A stretch of 64,000 nucleotides of DNA from Dimorphilus gyrociliatus (lineage: Eukaryota; Animalia; Annelida): positions 283,105-347,104 of the forward strand of contig CAJFCJ010000031.1 in assembly GCA_904063045.1 (NCBI GenBank), given 5' to 3'. The translations under genes and the position numbers were made by a program. This document shows positions 35,425 to 47,293 of this stretch, piece by piece. Within the stretch, counting starts at the first letter, position 1. Each line of letters starts with the position of its first letter. The notes beneath the pieces are model-generated. The model did no database searches. It saw only the letters and a program-made list of their open reading frames with translations, and was not told the DNA's origin.

Positions 35425-36885
35425 ATTCTAATTCTTTAAATTGAAAACATATAATTGTCTGTAATTACAGTTGTAAGGCTGTCCCACCTAATATTACAAC
35501 CGAAAAATATATACAGTTCCAGTTCTAAAAAATTTGAGACTCGATGCTCCACGTGATGTTTTCTCTGCGATAATTCGTCGCTGAATGCCAACCTCCTTCG
35601 TTCTTACCAGTTTATACTGTATGTTCAGGTTGTTTTACCTAAATTTTGCCGCTGAAATGTTCAAAACTAAAATATAGAATTTCATGATATATTGGATTAT
35701 CACAGAAGATTTTCCATAAAAATTATGATAGTCAATCACAGTTAGTATTACTTTAATATAAATTGCTGCTTGTAATACTTGATCCTTCGATTAGACACTA
35801 AAAATATGATTATAAAATTATCTTCCTGACGACTGAAAAACTCAATTTTTACTTAACTACTCAATTTTGTTTATCGCTCTTTTAAACATTCATCGCTTGA
35901 AATTAGTACATAAACATATCTTAATAAACAAGTAAACAATTTTTTAGTACTCTATATAAAAAATGATCTAAATTGTATCCAACTGTACCAGTCTTTTCCA
36001 GCTTTCTTTTCACGATTCTTTCAACTTTTAGTTAAATATTTTATTAAAATAGATATTTCATAAAACAAACAATGAAAAAAAATGTTAAGAAAGCATACAG
36101 AAATATAAAAAATGGAGTATTTAATGAAATAAACAAGAAAAATGTCTAGAAAATATCAATTTCTTTTACAAATAATAATTTCTAAATGCATATTAAAAAA
36201 TAGATAAAAATTTGAATTGAATAATTTGTATATAACTATGTCTTGACTGATTTTTATAATGGATATCTATTTTATGAGCCTAGAATTTGCCGTTGTCTTA
36301 AACAAACTTTCTATTAGCCAAAATGACGTGAAATTTCTATTTTTACATATTCAAATAAAGTTTAAAATACGTAATATTCAAATTTCATTCAATTTATACA
36401 ACAGAAATCCATGTTTGTTGAATCTAGCATTCTGGTGTTTATTTTTAGCATAGAAACATCTTCAGTTATCTCCCTTCACGAAAATAACAAATTTTAATCA
36501 TGTTAATAAGTTCATAATTTTTTTTAAAAGATAAACTAATAAAAAATTGTTGAGTAATACAACTGAAAATAATCATATAAATAGTTAAATTTACAATTAA
36601 AACACGTTTCAATGCTTTTTTAAACAACGAGCTTTTATCCGCCTAAATAAGCACGTGATCATCACTCGTGGTAACGAGGAATATAGGTCTGTGTTTCGTA
36701 CTCGGTAAAAAAATCTGTGAAAATATTTTAACGAAAGGAAATTTTAATTTTTTCAAATGTAAAGATATAACACAAATCATATTTACTAAAGAGACGAAAA
36801 TACGAATATGAGAATAATATCGTTCTTAGTCGGCCATTTTGACCCCAGCGGTGTAATTGAACAAACTCTGCAGAAAAGTACAAAA

Positions 36886-38157
36886 ATGTTGTCACGTTTC
36901 GTATCAGCCAGAAGTTTCCAAGCTTTGTCTGTCTTGGGTCGATCATTCTCGACAACCCAGCAGGTTTATTTGACTTCACTTTTTAGATCAGATGTACATA
37001 ACGTGAATCGGAATAATTAATCTAACCGGGATGTTTTTACACAGGACAGTAACAAAGTGGTGATCCTGGGAGCAAGTGGAGGTATCGGACAGCCATTGTC
37101 ACTTTTAATGAAAGAAAATAAAAGAGTTTCTCACCTCGCTCTTTATGATATTGCCCATACCAAAGGTGTTGCCGCTGACCTTAGTCATATCGCTACCCCA
37201 GCAAAAGTTACGGGCCATACAGGCCCTGAAGAACTTTCCGCATGTTTACAGGGAGCTGATGTTGTTGTTATTCCTGCTGGCGTACCAAGAAAACCAGGTA
37301 AATAGTTGGACATTTTAACAAAAGGTTATAATAAAACTTCCTTATTGTAGGCATGACTCGTGATGATTTGTTTAATACCAATGCTTCAATCGTCAGAGAT
37401 CTGAGTGAAGCTTGCGCAAGAAATTGTCCGGAAGCTGTTCTTTGCATAATTTCGAACCCTGTTAGTTCTTTTTTTTATATTTCATTGAGATTTATTAAAG
37501 ATTCAACTTCCTAGGTTAATTCAACCGTTCCTATAGCAAGCGAGGTTTTTAAGAAGGCCGGGGTTCACAACCCTGATAAGATATTTGGTGTGACAACTCT
37601 TGATGTAGTCAGAGCAAATACTTTTATTGCAGAGGCTAAGAATTTAGATGTCAGCCAAGTTAATGTTCCAGTTGTTGGAGGACACTCTGGAGTAACTATT
37701 ATTCCTTTGGTTTCACAAGCAACCCCAGCTATCTCCTTCCCTTATGTGAGTTAACAATAGTATCTGGTTAACAGTTCAACTTATTGATATTTTATGTGTC
37801 TAGGCGGATCGAGGTCGTATTAGCGAACGCATTCAAAACGCTGGCACAGAGGTTGTTGAGGCAAAGGCTGGCACCGGCTCTGCCACTTTATCTATGGCAT
37901 ATGCAGGGGCTAAATTTGTTAACTCTATGTTAGGTGCATTAAACGGACAACAAGGTATCGTTGAGTGTGCCTACGTTAAATCTGATGAAACCGAAGCATC
38001 ATACTTTGCTACACCTCTACTACTGGGCAAAAAAGGCTTAGAGAAAAATTTGGGATTGGGAAAATTATTGGAATTTGAAGTTGAGCTACTAAAAAAGGCA
38101 ATGCCAGAACTTAAAGCTAACATCAAGAAGGGTGAAGACTTTGTTAATGGAAATTAA
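36886..38157 (+). CDS. MDH2: Malate dehydrogenase, mitochondrial (MDH2), 5 exons (36886-36963, 37045-37297, 37351-37460, 37515-37745, 37804-38157)
   Basis: Transit peptide [26 protein letters not shown], then ..[53 protein letters not shown]|[18 protein letters not shown]|[52 protein letters not shown]..|..[44 protein letters not shown]... Collinear with human MDH2. The upstream in-frame ATG at 36808 is a less likely start. Confidence 0.93.
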
Positions 38158-38753
38158 AGTAAACAGTCTCGTTTCTGTTCTTATCAGATTATGATGAAAT
38201 TGTCCGCCATGATACTAAAACAAAAAAATCCTGTATAGAGACAAAATATACTTTGTGGTAAAAATTGTATAGTTTTAAAGTGTTTAGAGTGTAGTTATGC
38301 AAAAAACAATCGCCAAATGCCTCATGAGACATCTTACTTTCTAAAAGTTATTAAGGCATCAAATCTCTATTCTTCAACATGCAATACAAGTTTAAATATT
38401 TCAATTTTAAATGTTGATTTCTTTCCTCCCCTAATCGTCGTTCAAATTCAAAACCAATGCCACAGTTACCTATAGTCTCCATCATAAGATTATAATAATA
38501 ATGTTGATGTGCATTTTTCACAAAATTCAATAAAATTTATTCTGTATTTAAAACGATCAGTTGATCGCTGCTCTTTAGAAATAACGTATGTTCGATAAAT
38601 TTCTCAGAAGACTATCTTTAAAATTAACATGACATACTTCTATGATTCGAACTGTTGCAGACATAAGAATGTAGCTGGAGTTAGTTAGGTGATTTAAGCC
38701 TAGAATGAGTGTAGCGGAAGTCGTAATCTGATACACTAGCTCCACAAGGCAGT

Positions 38754-39541
38754 TTGTCGGCAGGTATGTTACGCTGCACTCTGATCATTCTGTGTGTAAA
38801 AGCTTTGCATTCCCAAAAAACTCACAATGCATTTTCGCCATCAGTTCTAATTGGATTTCCTGAATACTGGAAGCCGTATACACTGCAGATCGCATTATTA
38901 TGTTCTTACGATCTCGAGTTTGCTAACGAAACAGTTGGAAAAGTTGTTCCTGGAGACGATCAAAGACCAGAAGTGGCTCTTATTGATTTTCAATCGAAAG
39001 ATTTGTATGAAGAATATAAAAAGAGAATATCAACTAAAAATAGAGGTGGTGAAACAAATCCATTTGCATTTTACGTCAAGAAAACCAATAATATAATAGA
39101 ATCAATACTCAATTCTCGTTGGATGAATTATTTTGAAAGTCAGTGGTTTCGACACAGCTTAAATGCTTGCGAATGGAATTACTACACTTACAAAAAGTTA
39201 ATAGGTATAATTTAAAAACTCTTTTAAGATGTATCCGATAAAAGAAATTATCAATTTTATTATCAAATTTAGATCTGCCGTCATCTTACGACCTTATAAG
39301 AAATAAATGGTGCCCTAAGCCCGCTAACGAAACCACTTGCAATAATACAATGGAATTAAATGTTGTATACAACACTTCATGTTTGGATAGATCAAAAATT
39401 TCTAGTGTGCATCTTAATATCCCGCCTAAATCAATTTGCTATAGTACAGCTAGTAGGAGCGCTCGTTGTAATTCTTGTATGTATAAAATTGTTGGTACTA
39501 TTTTCTTCATATACCTTTCGTTTATTGTAACATGTATATAA
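38754..39541 (+). CDS. Hypothetical secreted / GPI-anchored-type protein, 2 exons (38754-39213, about 39262-39541); no family assigned
   Basis: N-terminal signal peptide (MSAGMLRCTLIILCVKALHS). A GTATAA donor follows ..YKKLIG, and the acceptor 'aaatttag' restores the frame into ..DLPSSYDLIRNKWCPKPANETTCNNTMELNVVYNTSCLDRSKIS..ARCNSCMYKIVGTIFFIYLSFIVTCI*. The C-terminal hydrophobic tail after a small-residue stretch is GPI-signal-like. Multiple Cys and N-glyc sites. Confidence 0.45.
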
Positions 39542-39885
39542 TATGAAAAAAAAAAAACAAAGTCTGATTATATATACAACATCAAAGCTGCTGCTGATGT
39601 CCACTGTTTTCGATGCTATCACTGCTGTTTGCACGTTTGTCCGTCTTTATTCTGAAATAATCACGCGCGTTCAAAAAAAATTTTTTATAAATGCACTGAA
39701 TAATCAAGTGTATTTTTTTAGAATGAAACATATTACGCTACAAAATTACACACAGGAAGCGTTAAGCAGCACGAGAATATCGAATGGTGATAAAGTATAT
39801 ATTTATATTAAATATATAAGCTTTAAAGAACATGCACAATACTACGAAATCTTTTCCTGAACACAAACAAGTCGAAATTTTTGGC

Positions 39886-41380
39886 TTTCTATAACTATAC
39901 CTTCATTTCATAATCTGAATCGTTTTCTTCGTCATAGTCTTCTTCCTTTTCTTCATCTTCGTAATCCTCCTAATAAAAACGAAAGTATTTTATTTGGTGA
40001 AGGTATACAAACGTATTAAAAAGATTATCAAGGTCTTACATCATCTCCATCTTCTTCAAGCGCTTCGCCAGTGAAATAAAGAACAGCTCTCGGTATTAGT
40101 CTTTCACGAATGAAGTGTCCGACTTCGTAATCAGAAGCCAATAGCATATCAGTTTCCTCTTCATTTGCTTCATCTTCTCCTTCAGTATGTTTAGGGGGAT
40201 CGAAAAAATTGAAGAAAGAATCTCTTTTCACTGTTTTCGTGACAGTCCTACGGGACCCATGAGATTTATGCTTTTGTGTTTTCCTAACCACTTTTACGGT
40301 AGCATTTTTATCTTTCTTCCAATCGATTTCGCATCTGAAATACATAAATAATGTAATACATGAATAATTTTATAAAAATAACAAACTATATTGCACATAA
40401 AATTTGATATAATTGTTATATTATGGATTTTTCATCATATCACAATGTTGTTATAACTACTTCAAAATAGTCTAGTAAAGTAGCTATAACAACAAAGACA
40501 AAATATAAATTGTTTAACGAACCCTTTACAGGCTACGATCTCCGCTCCTTCATATACTAAAGAGTCTTTGTCGTCTGGTTTGATGCAGAGGGTATAGTCT
40601 TTGGTCAAAACTTTATTAGTAAAATATTCATTTTCAGCAAAGACAAACTCCAAAGTGAATCCAGGATTGGATAAATCTCTCATAACCACTCGAATATCTG
40701 TTAGACTTTCTAGAATTGGTTCGTCGTGCTCTTGTAGCATTTCATTCAGCAATGGTACATTTTTGAAAATGGTTAACCAAAAAGTGGGAACCCCAGTAAT
40801 GTTCTTCTCTTCTTCTTCTTTGTTTTCTTTTTCTTTATCTTTCGATTCTTCTTCCTCCTCCTCCTCTTCTTCTTCCTCTTGATCAGTTGGCCAATCGCAG
40901 TCAGAATCAGTCGGTTCCACATTTCCGTTTAGAATATTAAATCGCTGTGAAATAAATATATATTTGTAGTGCTTATTTTCTTTGAATGAATAACAATTTC
41001 AAACATACTTGTTCTCGAAGGGGTTCCAAATTTTTAGCTAACCTACATTCCAGCTCGTGCAACTCTTCGTGGAATGTACCTTCAATCATGTGCATTTTAT
41101 GCTGCAGCTTTTTTAGGGCTCTAATACGTCTCTTTACAGCCTTGGGCAAATTTTCTATATAGCCGGATGATAGGCCAACCATGTTGTCCATGTTCTTCTG
41201 CACGGCCGCCAGAAATCCGGGATCTTTAAGTAGCTGTGCACTGAAGTCTTTAACAGTTTCCTCTGAAAAAAAATCGAAAGTTTTTAGATGCTCGAGAATG
41301 GTACATTATAAAGATCAATACTAACGTTGAGCTTGTTCAGTATCTCCAGTAGTTTCTATTGAAGTTTCTTCCTCCGCCAT
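39886..41380 (-). CDS. NAP1L: Nucleosome assembly protein 1-like (NAP1 histone chaperone), about 6 exons
   Basis: MAEEETSIETTGDTEQAQ|..|NMDNMVGLSSGYIENLPKAVKRRIRALKKLQHKMHMIEGTFHEELHELECR..|..[69 protein letters not shown]..|[100 protein letters not shown]. Collinear with human NAP1L1 (..[122 protein letters not shown]..). Confidence 0.9.
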
Positions 41381-41439
41381 AATACCTATTTAATATTAAA
41401 CTTATATTAATCGTTTATATTTTGGATATTAATAAATTA

Positions 41440-41920
41440 GGGGGATAGTTAAGTCACGCTCAGCAAACTGCCACCACGTGAAGCGGCTAAGTGAAGATAT
41501 TAGTCACGTTAGGCTTAAAAACGCCTTAAATATATATAATGCGCTCGATGATGTTGATAGAATGTATTATTCACTCACTGTCTAGACGTATGCTATAAAA
41601 ATTTAAATCAGAAACACGATAAAAATGCTTTATTACGTTTTTCCTCTCCGAAGAAGTGTATGAAGGCAGCGTTAAGTGTTAAAGGACCGGTGATTGGCTA
41701 CTTTTCCAAAACATCCAATCAGCATTGACTTCCTAAAATGGCGCTAATCGTTTACGATTCACAAAGAATATCTTAAATATATAAACTACCAGTTAATGCT
41801 GGCCTGCAACCGTAAAACACACAGGGGAAATGGGCGATATAAGCCTAAAAATGCAACTTTTATAAAATCAACTTTTTAACAATTTTGAAAGTATATCGTA
41901 GTAGTTTGCTCTGTGAAAGG
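41440..41920. promoter_or_regulatory. Bidirectional promoter between NAP1 (-, ATG 41380) and DEPDC5 (+, ATG 41921), with paired inverted CCAAT boxes and an E-box
   Basis: CACGTG at about 41474-41479. 'GTGATTGGCTacttttccaaaacatCCAATCAG' at about 41690-41722 is ATTGG and CCAAT in opposite orientations about 20 bp apart, the classic NF-Y arrangement of bidirectional promoters. Both genes start within 270 bp on either side. Confidence 0.5.
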
Positions 41921-42800
41921 ATGGCGTCTGAAAAGATTGCAATGAAAAACAAATTGAAATCTGTCAAAATAAGCTCCCACACAAGCAAAAGTGCTAATCA
42001 AAGTATAGTACTAATTTTCGAAGTGAGTATGTGTAAGACTAATATATGACCTATAATCCATATAGATTCCGATATACTAGTGTCAAAAGATACATGTGCA
42101 TTTGATGAGTCGGATCTCATTAAACTTATTGTGACAAAATTCCAAATTCCCAACGGAAAAGAAATACTTTTGTATGTACTTTAAGTAATTTTTAAGAAGT
42201 GTTACTAATTAATTAAAAATGTAACCATTTCAGAAGTCTTGTCATGCAGCCAGCTATATCTGAACCATCCAGCAGAGCAAACACAAGCTCAGGTAAATTT
42301 ATAATTACTATAATTTAGTTTTGTTATAGCTTTTAATAAATAGCTATTCTACTATATTTTCCAAAATTGTAACTTTTAAAAAAAATTACTATAAATAAAA
42401 ACAGAAACAGTGAGTGTCTCTAGTGAATTGGCAAATGAATTCCATTTAAAAAGATATCATGACGCCTTAATACAAGTTGTCAATTCTAAGGTAACGAATC
42501 TTTTTTTTATTTATTAACATTTGTATAAAAAAAATCCAGGAAAAAAATAATAACTCAGAGCAAACTTAAAACCTCCTGAGTACTAATATACCGTTATAAT
42601 GCTAAATTTGTTTTTTTACTATTATAATTGGCCTATGCATATTTTAAAAATTTTTGTTCTTTTACATCTTTTATTATTATTATTATTATTACATTTTAGG
42701 TGTATACCGTGGATTTTGTGGAAGTTACATTCAAAGATCAATATTTTAGTAGAACGGATATGATGAGATTAAAAGAACGCTTGGTAAATGAAAAAGGATA

Positions 42801-42831
<31 letters not shown>

Positions 42832-45800
42832 GGCTGTTAAAAAAAATAGTAATAATCTAATTTTTTTACTGTTTAGACAAATACATGCGTTTATTTGAAT
42901 AAAAAAATAGAATTTTCCGGCTTAAGGTTTGTAAAAAAAAAAAAACAAACAAAAAAATAGTAATACTAATATATTTTTAATAGAGTTCAAGTAGCGGAGA
43001 TTTGGAGAGGTGGCAAGAGAGTTAGTAGTGGATATGTTTCGGAAACTAGTCGTGTAGCATTTAGATCTTATACAGCCCAAGTGAATATCTTTATACAAAT
43101 GTCGTCGGAAATGTGGAATTCCGATACGAATGGTTATTTATATTATGAAAGAGCGTTAGACGGATTTTTAACTGATTTATTTGATACATGGCAAGATAAG
43201 CATTGCAATCATGACGTTACAATCACTCTATTCTCAAGAGTTTATTATACGAATATTTGCTCCAGAAGTGAGTAATTAACGCTTTTCTTTAATTACATGT
43301 ATATTTTTTTCTATTTTACATTCGCTATAACACACCTCCATCCTCCTCCGTTACCCATGCCTCTTTTCACATTCCTCTATTTGTTTTGATTTTAGACAAG
43401 AAATTAAATAATGTATTATTTATGATAAATAGCTCAACTACCACCTGCAATGCAAGAATGTATTCAACAAAATAGCGATGGAGAGTTTTTTGAAGATTTC
43501 TATAGGTATAATAACGTTTTAAAATACGATACCTTTTAGCTTTTTCCGCAAAATAATTTCCTTATTGATTCTTTTCTATCTATTTGATAGAGTTGTTGTA
43601 CAAAATGAACGATACGACGATTGGACTCCAGTTATTAATACTTTAAGAAGGATTATGAAAAATTATCGTACTAGTATATATAAATACTACGAGAATTCGA
43701 TAAAAAGTACTTTATTGCAAAAGCCTGTTATAGTAATATCAAATTCAATAAAAGGGAACGTTTTAGAAGTTCTTAATATGAGCTTGAACGGTATGATTTA
43801 CGGATAAACCGTTTTAGAATACGTTTTAGAATATTTTTTTTAACAATATTTTTCATTTATCCTCAATAGTTTTTGAGAAATATTATCTTGATCGATGTTT
43901 AGATCGAACTGGTAAAGTTTCGATTGTTGTTTCACCCGGTGCTGGCCTCTTTGATGTTTGTAGTGATATGGTACGTGTTACCAGACAGAGGACTTTGGAT
44001 TGCGGTAATTGCTCGGATTTAGTTTGTTTGGGTCAACAACCCCTACATGCTGTACCGCTGCTAAGGGTCAGGAATTTTTCAACAAGACAAAGTGACTACG
44101 ATTACGTTGTACCAAATTGGATAAATCATAGTTTTTATTCAACAGTTGTCGGAACTGGTTTGTTTTCATAATTTTTAAAAGAACAGCTTTTTTTTTTAAT
44201 TATAATTTTGCTAATTTAAAAACATCTGCAGGTAGAAATAAACAATTCCGTCCGAGAATTTCCATTCCAATGCTAGTTAATAGGAAAGATGGACTTCATG
44301 TGCCAACCGAGAATTCTTTGAACAAAGCTGAAAATCAATCGAGTGCTACTCGCTATAAAATTCCAAGTAAATTTTAAAGGATTTTTTCTTTGAAGTAATA
44401 GAATATAATCCCCATTCTCAGTTCTCTTACCATTTTCTTCCGTCGTTTTCCTCTTTCTATCCTTAGTGATTTTCACTTTCTTTGAAAATATCTTTATGTT
44501 TAAGCTCTCTGTTTTGTTAATTTAAAAAATAAATTAGCAAAGAAAAACCTAATCGTTTTAATATTAATCAAATTTAATAAAACAGCTCCGAGGAAAACAA
44601 GAAATAGAATATGTAATGGAAAGGGGAAATTTACTAAAGAAGGGTATGAGGATATTGGAGATGAATATTTCGAAGAACACGATAGGAAAATTTTTCGAAG
44701 GCTTAATACAAACAACTCTGAGTCGAATTTAGTGAAGATAAGCAATGGTATTCCTAAGAAGACGCTACCTACTTCAAGGAGTCCAACGAAAAGGTCCAGT
44801 CGCCAACGTCATAATTCTTTTCCTGAACAGACCCGTAAACAGGGATTGGTTAAGCGATCAGTATCATTCGATTCGCCAACTAAGCGAAATGACGATATAA
44901 GCAAGAAAAATGAGGATGTTGAATCTGTAACTAAAAGTATTAATCCTTTTATACCGTCTCCCATTCACGTAAAAGTCGCCATGACGCCGAGTAGACGGCG
45001 ATGGACTCACGCTTTCCCAATTAACCGTCATGGTAATAGCATTCAGTTACATCACAAGCCGATTGACTTGAATTGTCAAAGGAATTACTCTGAGGACGAT
45101 TTAGCAAATAAAGGCTTAGAATTAACGGATAATTATGTATGGGGCGTGACGGGAGAACAAAGTTGGTCAGCTGAAATATCTACCGGTGTTGATTGGAAAG
45201 CGCTTTGCTTACCTGCGTGTTTTCCTCTAACTACCGATTTTTTACCATCGGATAGGGTTTTAAACAGTTGCTCATTTTCCCAAAACGACTACCTTTACGA
45301 TCCCAGGGACTTTCTTTTTTCTCTCGAAGCCTATAATGCAGAACAGTTGTTAAAAGAATTTATGTACCAAAGACTATCTCACGGCTATCAAGCGATAACC
45401 GTTGACAAGAAAAGCTGTCGCTATTTATCTTTAGGTGAAACTGTTCATAAAATGGCGATAGATAGATCGGAGAACGGGGATAAAGTAAAAATAACCACCC
45501 ATAAACCGAAAGCACGACCAACGAATACAATTTTATCCTATAAGTACCGTTTTCAAGTTCCGGATAGCATAAGCTACGACGTTTCCTGGACAGATTTTGT
45601 GTGTAAAGCTACGGACGATATAAATTGGACGTATCTTGATTCTTATTTAGCCTGTAAGGGAAGATCATTAGATTATACTGTTGACTCGTCAATGAAATAT
45701 TGGAGAATGAGATTTATATTGATACCCCCATATCATTATTCGCTGAGTAGGAAAATTATGGAAAACGATTTAAAACGATGCAATATTTATAACACTTTAA

Positions 45801-47293
45801 AGGATATAGACTGTAATAGAATGTGTACAACATTTACGGATACAATTGAAAGTTTATATCAATTAAAAAGGAAAAATAGTTTTCAAAAAACCGTTAAAAA
45901 TTGTCCTAGAAACGTTTTGAAGCAAAGTTTATCGTTGAGTTTAACATCGAGTGAATTTGTATTAAATTACAGTTCAGATTATTCCATTATTGCTGCCGAA
46001 ATGAAAGATAGCGCAACTTTTAAAGCTTTCAAATTTAAGAGTTGCGATATTAACTATTTTGTTGTTGCAGACGCGTGTGAGTGGTTAAAAAATAAGGTTG
46101 TCGACGTTAGTACAAACGAACAAGCCATAAAAGTATTACAAGAGATGTATAAGCAAAATCTAATAGATATTGCGTCACCGCATCAAGAAAATATTAGGGC
46201 ATTAAAAATGGGCTTTTGCGTGCTATATTTAATCGATGAAAAAAAGAAATTGTTCAATAAGGATTTAAATCACTTTACCAAAATTGATTTTTGCGAAGAA
46301 GAATGGTACTTTCATTCGTTCAGCAAGAATGGATTTGAAAAGGATGCAAGGATCCCATCACACGAACCGAAATATGTCTTTTCGCGGTTGGACTGTAGTG
46401 AAATTGCTCACGGTAATCGTGAAGAGTGGTTGCATTTAAAGCACCATCCAAGCTATTGTCCATATACTGCCTTCGAATTAGAATTTCAGAGCGTAAATTG
46501 TTCAGGTGCTACTTTATCAGATCTAATCGGTGCTTGGCACCGAAAGTCTTTACCAGCCAGTAAGCAAGAAAGAGAACCGGAAGATTGGTTGGATACGGTG
46601 CATATTGTGCCGATCCCTTGCGATCCCTTCGCTCTGCCGTACACGGAAAATTCTGATCCACTTCGAGGACCAATATTCGTCCCATTAAATATTCACTCTG
46701 TTTGCGACAAACAATTACATCCATTCGAAGACTATGAACCATCTACAAGGGAAAATCGTTTGAAACTCTTTCAGGAAAAAATTTTGCTTAGCTTTGGATT
46801 CCTACCAATTGGGATCCATGCCAATCAGAAAAATCAGAATATTCAAGATCAGTATATACACGCTAGTGGCGGCATGCTGGCTCTAATACCAGATATGAGA
46901 GCTTTACCTGCGTCTAGTCGGCCCGATTCATTACCAACAACGCCCAGACGTCAATCAAGGCGATTTATAAATTCGTCGTCGCATAATCTCTATATTGAAT
47001 CGAGAATGAGTGGCGAGGCGCCTGGCGCTGGGTTTTTATGGGCTTGGAACTATATGCTAAACGGGAAATGGAGAAATAAGTCTACGGGTGACGAAGCCTT
47101 TCAAGATAAGATGTTAGCTGATTTTAGATTATTCTGCCAGAACAGCGAAAATCGTTTAGTAGAATTTTGGAACGAATGTAAATGTAGCGTTAAAAAAATG
47201 GGCCCAAGAAGAAGGTCATTTAGCGAACCGGCCAATTCAATAAAACAGAAAACAAGACCAACAGAAGCTCACAGAGACTCTTGCCAATTTTAA
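41921..47293 (+). CDS. DEPDC5: DEP domain-containing protein 5 (DEPDC5 / Iml1, GATOR1 subunit), 11 exons (41921-42021, about 42070-42165, 42235-42295, 42409-42490, 42702-42788, 42976-43271, 43438-43513, 43591-43795, 43868-44150, 44232-44364, about 44732-47293)
   Basis: Collinear with human DEPDC5. Examples: VDFVEVTFKDQYFSRTDMMRLKERL vs [80 protein letters not shown] vs [76 protein letters not shown] vs [68 protein letters not shown] vs [57 protein letters not shown] vs NRRRWMHTFP. The DEP domain and the C-terminal ..GPIFVPLNIHS..RLKLFQEKILLSFGFLP..ENRLVEFWNEC.. block both lie in the terminal 2.56-kb exon (ORF 44732-47293). The first codon of that exon is completed by splicing. Confidence 0.9.

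Noticed and set aside
36808-36885. Upstream in-frame ATG extension of MDH2 (MRIISFLVGHFDPSGVIEQTLQKSTK..)
   Set aside because: The downstream Met (36886) begins a typical Arg/Ser-rich mitochondrial presequence matching MDH2 N-termini. The upstream extension is probably 5'UTR, although it cannot be excluded.
44729-44734. Apparent ATG start of the 853-aa ORF 44732-47293 as the DEPDC5 start codon
   Set aside because: This ORF is the terminal exon of DEPDC5. Its first codon is created by splicing (phase-1 carry-over from exon 10 at about 44364 into the 'aatttag' acceptor), and the true start codon is at 41921. My line-based coordinates and the ORF track also disagree by 1 nt here.
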